From Candidatus Thermosaccharophagus tengchongensis (lineage in GTDB: Bacteria > Armatimonadota > Fervidibacteria > Fervidibacterales > Thermosaccharophagaceae), in the NCBI GenBank assembly GCA_032161105.1, contig JAVHTD010000001.1: a stretch of DNA of 64,000 bases, one strand, 5' to 3'. Numbering within the stretch: the first letter of the stretch is position 1; each line of letters starts with the position of its first letter. The translations under genes and the position numbers were made by a program. Below, one piece after another: positions 58,690 to 64,000 of this stretch. Under the pieces are notes generated by a model. That model worked only from the letters and a program-made list of their open reading frames with translations, was not told where the DNA came from and made no database searches.

Positions 58690-59765
58690 GCAAAGTCATG
58701 GCGAAGCGGTCAAGGCTCCGTTTCCTCTTGCTCGGTTATTTCGGACATGGCAACCTCGGCGATGAGATGATGCTCGGGGCATTTTTATCCGGCATGCGCG
58801 GGCTCGCCGAATTTGATGCCGTCGTCATAAGCGGTGATGCGGGAGAAACACGGCGCACGCATGCCGTCATGTCAATTCACAAGTTCAACATGTTGGCTAT
58901 AGCCGCGCAAATCCTTGGCTCCAATGCCACAGTCGGGTGTGGCGGGAGCCTGCTCCAAGATGCCACGAGCTTTCGCTCCCTCCTCTATTACGCATCGTTG
59001 CTTTTGCTGTCGCGATGCCTTGGCTCAAAAGCTATACTGCTTGCGCAGGGTCTTGGTCCTTTGAGAAGACAAGTGAGCAGGCGATTGGCTTCATTGGCAT
59101 TGCGCTCGTGCAGCTTACTCACATTCCGCGACACGGAGTCGTTTGAGCTGGCGCTCAAGCTCGGCGCTGAAAGGGATAAGGTGCATCTCACCTCCGATTT
59201 GGCGTTCATCATTGAGCCACCATTTGAGGCTGCACCGCCATCGGGGCAAATCGGACTCTCCATAGCGGTGCGTGATTGGCGCGGCGCTCATGAGGTTGCA
59301 AAATGCATAGCTCAAGGCGTGCTCACTTTCACCCCACGAATTTCCTCTGTGCGCTGCATAAGCTTCTCAAGGGAAGATGAGCCACTGAGTGAATGGCTCT
59401 GTGAGCAGCTGGGCTCACTTAATGCCGTGCACATTGCGCCAACATCAATCTACGACCTCTGGAAGGCAATTGACGGGGTTCACTTGCTCATCGGTGTCAG
59501 GTTGCACTCCCTCATCGCAGCATGCATGGTTGGTGTGCCAACAATCGCAATCAGCTATGACCCAAAGGTGAAGGCGTTCATGAATGCATTTGCACCGCAC
59601 CTTTGCATACCTTGGGATGAGGTCTCGGCTGAGCGCATAGTTGAGTGCATACTTGAATGCTTGGACGGATGGAGCAAACTGCACGAAGCAGCTTTGCAAT
59701 TTGCGCTCACATCAAGGGCGCTGTCCAAACGCAACTTGACGCTCCTCCTTGATGTGCTCCCTTGA
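58686..59765 (+). CDS. csaB: Polysaccharide pyruvyl transferase CsaB
   Basis: GYFGHGNLGDE, GGSLLQDATS..SLLYY, QGLGP, RD..S, RLHSLI, SYDPKV; ATGA overlap with the DUF5693 gene. Confidence 0.9.
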   Translation: MSKVMAKRSRLRFLLLGYFGHGNLGDEMMLGAFLSGMRGLAEFDAVVISGDAGETRRTHAVMSIHKFNMLAIAAQILGSNATVGCGGSLLQDATSFRSLLYYASLLLLSRCLGSKAILLAQGLGPLRRQVSRRLASLALRSCSLLTFRDTESFELALKLGAERDKVHLTSDLAFIIEPPFEAAPPSGQIGLSIAVRDWRGAHEVAKCIAQGVLTFTPRISSVRCISFSREDEPLSEWLCEQLGSLNAVHIAPTSIYDLWKAIDGVHLLIGVRLHSLIAACMVGVPTIAISYDPKVKAFMNAFAPHLCIPWDEVSAERIVECILECLDGWSKLHEAALQFALTSRALSKRNLTLLLDVLP

Positions 59766-59767
59766 GC

Positions 59768-60988
59768 TCACTCCGACTTGAACGGCAAATGCATTAGGGC
59801 TGCCCTTCTCCTTGTTGTGGGCTTGCCATCAAGCAAAATGAACGGAGCACATCGCTCAATTGCCACACCGAGCGCCATAAGCTGCTCAACTGATGTGAGC
59901 TTGCGTTCCCTTCTCGCCCTGATGATACGCTCAGCAGCGGTCACTCCGATCCCCGGAACGCGCAAAAGTAACTCCTTCGGTGCTTCATTCACCTCAACTG
60001 GGAATGCATCCATGTGCGAAGTTGCCCATGCCATCTTCGGGTCAACATCAAGCGGCAAGTTGCCGGCGTCGTCAAAGACGAGCTCATCAAGTTCAAACCC
60101 GTAGAAGCGAAGCAGCCAGTCAGCTTGGTAAAGTCTCAATTGCCTTTGTGGGGATGTTGGTGGGTGGTTTTCCATTGGCGTGCCCGGTATCGGCATGAAG
60201 CCGCTGTAGTAAGCGCGGTGCAATCCGTGTTGCCTGTATAGAAGCCATGTTGTGCTCAATATCTCACGGTCGGACTCGCCCGCAGCGCCGACGACAAGCT
60301 GCGTTGTGTAACCGCACTTTAGCGTCTCCCCTGCACAGTCGCCTATTAGCGTGAGCGTCTTCCATATCTCCCCTTCAAAATCCTTGCTTGGGGCAATTGC
60401 CTTCAGCCTGCTCGCATTTGGCGCTTCAAGGTTGCACGATAGCCTGTCGGCAAACTTTGCCGCTTGCTTTATAGCCTCTTCGCTTGCCCCCGGCATGACT
60501 TTCAAATGCAGATAGCCGCGATAACCGAGCTTGCGCCGCAGGATGATGGCTGTGTCTATGAGCTTCTCCATTGTGGCATCGGCGCTGCCATGAACACCAG
60601 AACTCAGGAATAGCCCACTGACAAGCCCTCTGCGATACATCTCCATGAATGCCGTTGCAAGCTCATGTGGTGTTAGGCTGATAACTCGCCTGTCAACGAG
60701 GCAGCTCGTAGCACAGTAGCGGCAGTCATTTCGGCAGGCATTCGTCAGCAGCGTTTTAAGCAACCGCACTTTCCTCGTGCCCCTGCGTGATGGCGCCTTT
60801 GCAACATAAATGGACTTAACGAGCCTGCCAATCAGGCGCTGAGTTGCGGCAACGCCGCTCGGTGTTAGCAGCTGTGTCTCTTCAAATGGGTCGGCGACTT
60901 CAACGCATGCCTCCAGCGAGAGCAATTTCAATCTCTCTTGTATGTCCATCTTGCTCACCATCGGAATGACCCTCGCATATGTGCGCAC
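59768..60988 (-). CDS. Putative DNA modification/repair radical SAM protein with helix-hairpin-helix
   Basis: LLKTLLTNACRNDCRYC, GLFLSSG, RLYQADWLLRFYGF, DPKMAWA, LLRVPGIG. Confidence 0.9.
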   Translation of the reverse strand: MRTYARVIPMVSKMDIQERLKLLSLEACVEVADPFEETQLLTPSGVAATQRLIGRLVKSIYVAKAPSRRGTRKVRLLKTLLTNACRNDCRYCATSCLVDRRVISLTPHELATAFMEMYRRGLVSGLFLSSGVHGSADATMEKLIDTAIILRRKLGYRGYLHLKVMPGASEEAIKQAAKFADRLSCNLEAPNASRLKAIAPSKDFEGEIWKTLTLIGDCAGETLKCGYTTQLVVGAAGESDREILSTTWLLYRQHGLHRAYYSGFMPIPGTPMENHPPTSPQRQLRLYQADWLLRFYGFELDELVFDDAGNLPLDVDPKMAWATSHMDAFPVEVNEAPKELLLRVPGIGVTAAERIIRARRERKLTSVEQLMALGVAIERCAPFILLDGKPTTRRRAALMHLPFKSE

Positions 60989-61018
60989 TCGCTGCTGTCA
61001 CCAATGATGGCGCATGTT

Positions 61019-62839
61019 CTATGGCAGCTCAAACAGGAGCGTGGCTTCAATTTGCTTACCAACTGCGTCATCGCCCGCAGCGTGCGTTCCAATGATGCGC
61101 TCGTCGGTGAGCTTTCTCCCGCCATAAATCAGGGATGCGCTTCGGATGACGAAGTCGTCAACTTGCGAGTTGTCAATGGCACCCGGCATGAGACGAACAA
61201 AAGCGACTTTTCTCGTCAGCAGCCTTTTCGGTATGCTCACCGATGCGCTTACCCTTTTCGTGTCACCGTTCGGTCGCACCTTCGCCACCTCTTCACCCTC
61301 AAAAAGCACCGTTACAATGCCATCAACTTCATCCAGCTCAATTTGCAATGTTGCATCTTCACGAGCCTCATACGGCGTCCTTGCGTTGTAGACGAAGATG
61401 CGATATTGTGCCGTCTCATTGAGCCCGTCCGAGCTTGCCTGTATCGTCAACATCGTCATGCCATCCGGTTGTTCATTTGTCTCAATGACGCCCTCCCAAA
61501 GTGATGTGCAAACTTCATCACGCGCCTTGCGCATCTCAACCCATTTACCGGAGCCAATCCTCGCGCGCACTGACTTGGCATCGGCGTGCATTCGCAGCGT
61601 CTGAATCACGACCTTTTGAGCGCCGGAGTATATCGGTATTGTGTAAAAGCCATCGTGAGCGATGGTCACGGGTGGCTCAACCGGTATTGGTGCGAGTTTT
61701 TTCCAAGCGGGCGTGTAGCGCACATCCACTTTGTCATCGCCGACGGTTACGATTGAAAAGCCCTGCGGGTAGCCATCCGAATTTGCCCCCGTCCACCAAC
61801 TCCCAGAGAGCGCACCCGATACGAATTGGCGGAATGAGCCAAAGTTAATTGAGTAAGTTCTGTGGTCATGCCCCGAATGAATTGAGAGCAATTTGCAATG
61901 GCTGAATGTGCCAAGCAGCCAAATCGCCTGCTGTGCTGGCATTTGCACAATTGGCGCGTGCGTAAAAATGATGAGCCTCGTTCCGGTTTTCAAACAGCGC
62001 GCATACTGCCTTAGCCATTCAACCTGTTTTGGGTCAAGCCCGATAGCCTGCCTCCTGTCGTATATCGGATGGAGATCAAGAGCCAGAAAATGTATGCCGC
62101 CATACTCAAAGCCGTAGTAGCGTGGGTTTAGTTGCGCCTCAAACATGCCCTTGCCGTAGTCATCCGAGAATGCATCAACACCATCGGCACCTTTGAAGTT
62201 AACCCCAACGACATCGTGATTTCCAACAACATGGTATATCGGCAGCGAGACGCCCTCAGAAGCTCCCGTGAAAAGCTCAAACCATTGCTTTGCCACCTTC
62301 GCCGTGACGGCATCGCCGAGTGCCACAAGGTCACCTGTGATGACGACAAACGATGGCTTGACTTTGGCGCCATCAAGCTCAGTTAGCAGCTTGTGAAGCG
62401 ATAGCGCATTTGCCGGGCTCGCAATGTGCACATCTGTGATGTGCGCAAAGATGAAAGGTGTCTGTTGCGTCTGCCTGACCATCGGGAAGTCAACCTGAAA
62501 TGTCTTGTCCGCTTTCACATCGCTCAGCCTTTTGAACCAACCGCCAGTTGCCTTCCATCCGGTTGGCTGCGTGATGTATACGAAGCGTGTCGGTTGATTG
62601 TGAACAAGCTTGTATTGCCCATTGGCATCCGTTACAGTCACCTTATCACCGTCGGTGACTATCACGCCTGCTATAGCTTTCTCACCTTCGTCATAAATGC
62701 CGTTCCCATTAGCATCCTCAAAGACTCGCCCCGTAATGGTTTGCCCGATGGCGAGTGGGCATGGGTTGAACAGGCAGAGCACGATGACCAGCTTCACGAT
62801 GGACGAAGGGAAGCGGTGACAGCATCCCACCAAACTCAC
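61019..62839 (-). CDS. Secreted calcineurin-like metallophosphoesterase
   Basis: GRVFEDANGNG N-domain; ITDVH, ITGDL, VGNHD, FTHAP, SGHDH, GSWW. Confidence 0.9.
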   Translation of the reverse strand: MSLVGCCHRFPSSIVKLVIVLCLFNPCPLAIGQTITGRVFEDANGNGIYDEGEKAIAGVIVTDGDKVTVTDANGQYKLVHNQPTRFVYITQPTGWKATGGWFKRLSDVKADKTFQVDFPMVRQTQQTPFIFAHITDVHIASPANALSLHKLLTELDGAKVKPSFVVITGDLVALGDAVTAKVAKQWFELFTGASEGVSLPIYHVVGNHDVVGVNFKGADGVDAFSDDYGKGMFEAQLNPRYYGFEYGGIHFLALDLHPIYDRRQAIGLDPKQVEWLRQYARCLKTGTRLIIFTHAPIVQMPAQQAIWLLGTFSHCKLLSIHSGHDHRTYSINFGSFRQFVSGALSGSWWTGANSDGYPQGFSIVTVGDDKVDVRYTPAWKKLAPIPVEPPVTIAHDGFYTIPIYSGAQKVVIQTLRMHADAKSVRARIGSGKWVEMRKARDEVCTSLWEGVIETNEQPDGMTMLTIQASSDGLNETAQYRIFVYNARTPYEAREDATLQIELDEVDGIVTVLFEGEEVAKVRPNGDTKRVSASVSIPKRLLTRKVAFVRLMPGAIDNSQVDDFVIRSASLIYGGRKLTDERIIGTHAAGDDAVGKQIEATLLFELP

Positions 62840-62845
62840 CTGCCT

Positions 62846-63007
62846 TCATTGGAAGCTGCTACAATTAGCGCATACATCCCGCCATAGTTTTTGGGGCGTT
62901 ACCATCCTCATCAGAGTCCCCTCTCGTATGATAAGGTATGGACGGCTGCCGTGATTTCGTTCAAACCAGCTGCAGTGCCTCATGCACTTCAGCTTTTCAT
63001 TTCCCAT
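62846..63007 (-). CDS. Possible 53-aa Cys-rich small protein
   Basis: My translation is MGNEKLKCMRHCSWFERNHGSRPYLIIREGTLMRMVTPQKLWRDVCANCSSFQ*. TGTTAAAAT (extended -10-like) upstream; no clear SD. Confidence 0.4.
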   Translation of the reverse strand: MGNEKLKCMRHCSWFERNHGSRPYLIIREGTLMRMVTPQKLWRDVCANCSSFQ

Positions 63008-63347
63008 CGCATTTGGCGTTGTATGTTTGCGCCAATTTTAACATAGGCTAAGGCGACCGGCAACGGTTCTTTCTTGGATCAAGGCAACCTGACATGATGC
63101 CCTCCCATTCGCTGGTGGGCGCGTGAAAAGGCGTTCAAGGAAATTTTTCGGCCGCATTCCTTTGACAGTGTTGGTGTATGGGAAATGCGTTTGAACAATT
63201 CGCTGCTGCTTCGTGTCATTGCGTTACAATGATGTAAATTAGCAGCATCGTCTTTGGGCTGCCCAACTGTGACCTTCTGCGAGTCCATCGCGTGCCCTCC
63301 ACACCAAAACCGAGAGGCATAATTAGTGAGCGGAGGGTGATGTTGTC

Positions 63348-64000
63348 ATGGCAATCAATGGCGGTAGTAACAGCTCGTCCACACCTAACGAAACCGAGGA
63401 TGCAAAGAGGGGCAATTCGGCTTTATATGCGCATGATGAGATAAGTGAGGCTACTAAGGTTGAAGAGCAAGTTGAAGAGCGACTTGAGGGTCAAACTGAA
63501 GCTCAAGCTGCTGAAGCCGTTCAAGCCGAAGTTGAGCAGCTGCGCAAGCGTGTGGAGGAGCTCACGCGTGAAAATGAGGAGTTGCGTGACAAGTGGCTGC
63601 GTGCCGTTGCTGAGTATCAAAACCTTCGCAAGAGGATTATGTCCGAGAGGGCTTTCGCCTTCCGTGAGGGTAAGAAGCAAGTTTTAGTTGAGCTATTGGG
63701 TGTGCTTGACGACCTTGAGCGCTCGCTTGAAGCCATGAAGGATGCCGCCGATTTGGATGCGATAAAGACCGGCATTGAGCTTATTCACAGGCAGTTCATC
63801 AACGCCCTCAGCAAGCTCGGCGTAAAAGCTATACCGGCTTTGAATCAGCGCTTTGAGCCGCAGTATCATGAGCCAGTTGAAAGGGTTGAAACTGACCAAT
63901 ACGACGAGGGCACAATACTTGAGGAAGTCCAGCGCGGCTACATGATGGACGATTTGGTGCTTCGCCCGGCGAGGGTGAAGGTGGCAGTCGCGCCGTTAGC
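63348..64000 (+). CDS. grpE: Nucleotide exchange factor GrpE (runs off window edge)
   Basis: Not in the ORF track. LRAVAEYQNLRKR, LDDLERSL, FEPQYHEPV, EVQRGYMMDDLVLRPARVKVA; SD GGAGGGTG. Confidence 0.96.
   Translation, partial: MAINGGSNSSSTPNETEDAKRGNSALYAHDEISEATKVEEQVEERLEGQTEAQAAEAVQAEVEQLRKRVEELTRENEELRDKWLRAVAEYQNLRKRIMSERAFAFREGKKQVLVELLGVLDDLERSLEAMKDAADLDAIKTGIELIHRQFINALSKLGVKAIPALNQRFEPQYHEPVERVETDQYDEGTILEEVQRGYMMDDLVLRPARVKVAVAPL

Noticed and set aside
63239..63266. CIRCE-like operator upstream of grpE (TTAGCAGCA-N9-GGCTGCCCA)
   Set aside because: Too many mismatches to TTAGCACTC-N9-GAGTGCTAA.

Overview
Bacterial chromosomal window, probably from a thermophilic Armatimonadota/Fervidibacteria-like organism (inferred from gene content only). 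The left ~25 kb is an all-minus-strand cluster of large, mostly secreted carbohydrate-active enzymes: clan GH-A/GH5-like hydrolases, a heparinase II/III-like lyase, a GH50-like enzyme, a beta-propeller glycosidase, a beta-helix protein and Tat-exported Gfo/Idh/MocA proteins. REP-like palindromes and one gene remnant are interspersed. The rest is mainly housekeeping: purA, trmFO, birA, recG, tRNA-Met, accB, hom, thrC, purC, tatC, a DUF1998 helicase, csaB, a radical SAM protein and grpE. The least explained items are (1) a wHTH + double-domain KaiC-like ATPase + truncated MscS + 52-aa protein module without kaiA/kaiB, (2) a divergent ribosomal uS9-like protein with an acidic N-terminus, (3) a stand-alone lipoyl/E3-binding protein, (4) apparently degenerate ApgM-like and GH42-like proteins, and (5) an 11.4-kb CAZyme block bracketed by paralogous oxidoreductase 3' ends. 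I saw no CRISPR array, integrase or transposase. All family calls come from reading motifs by eye, not from database searches.
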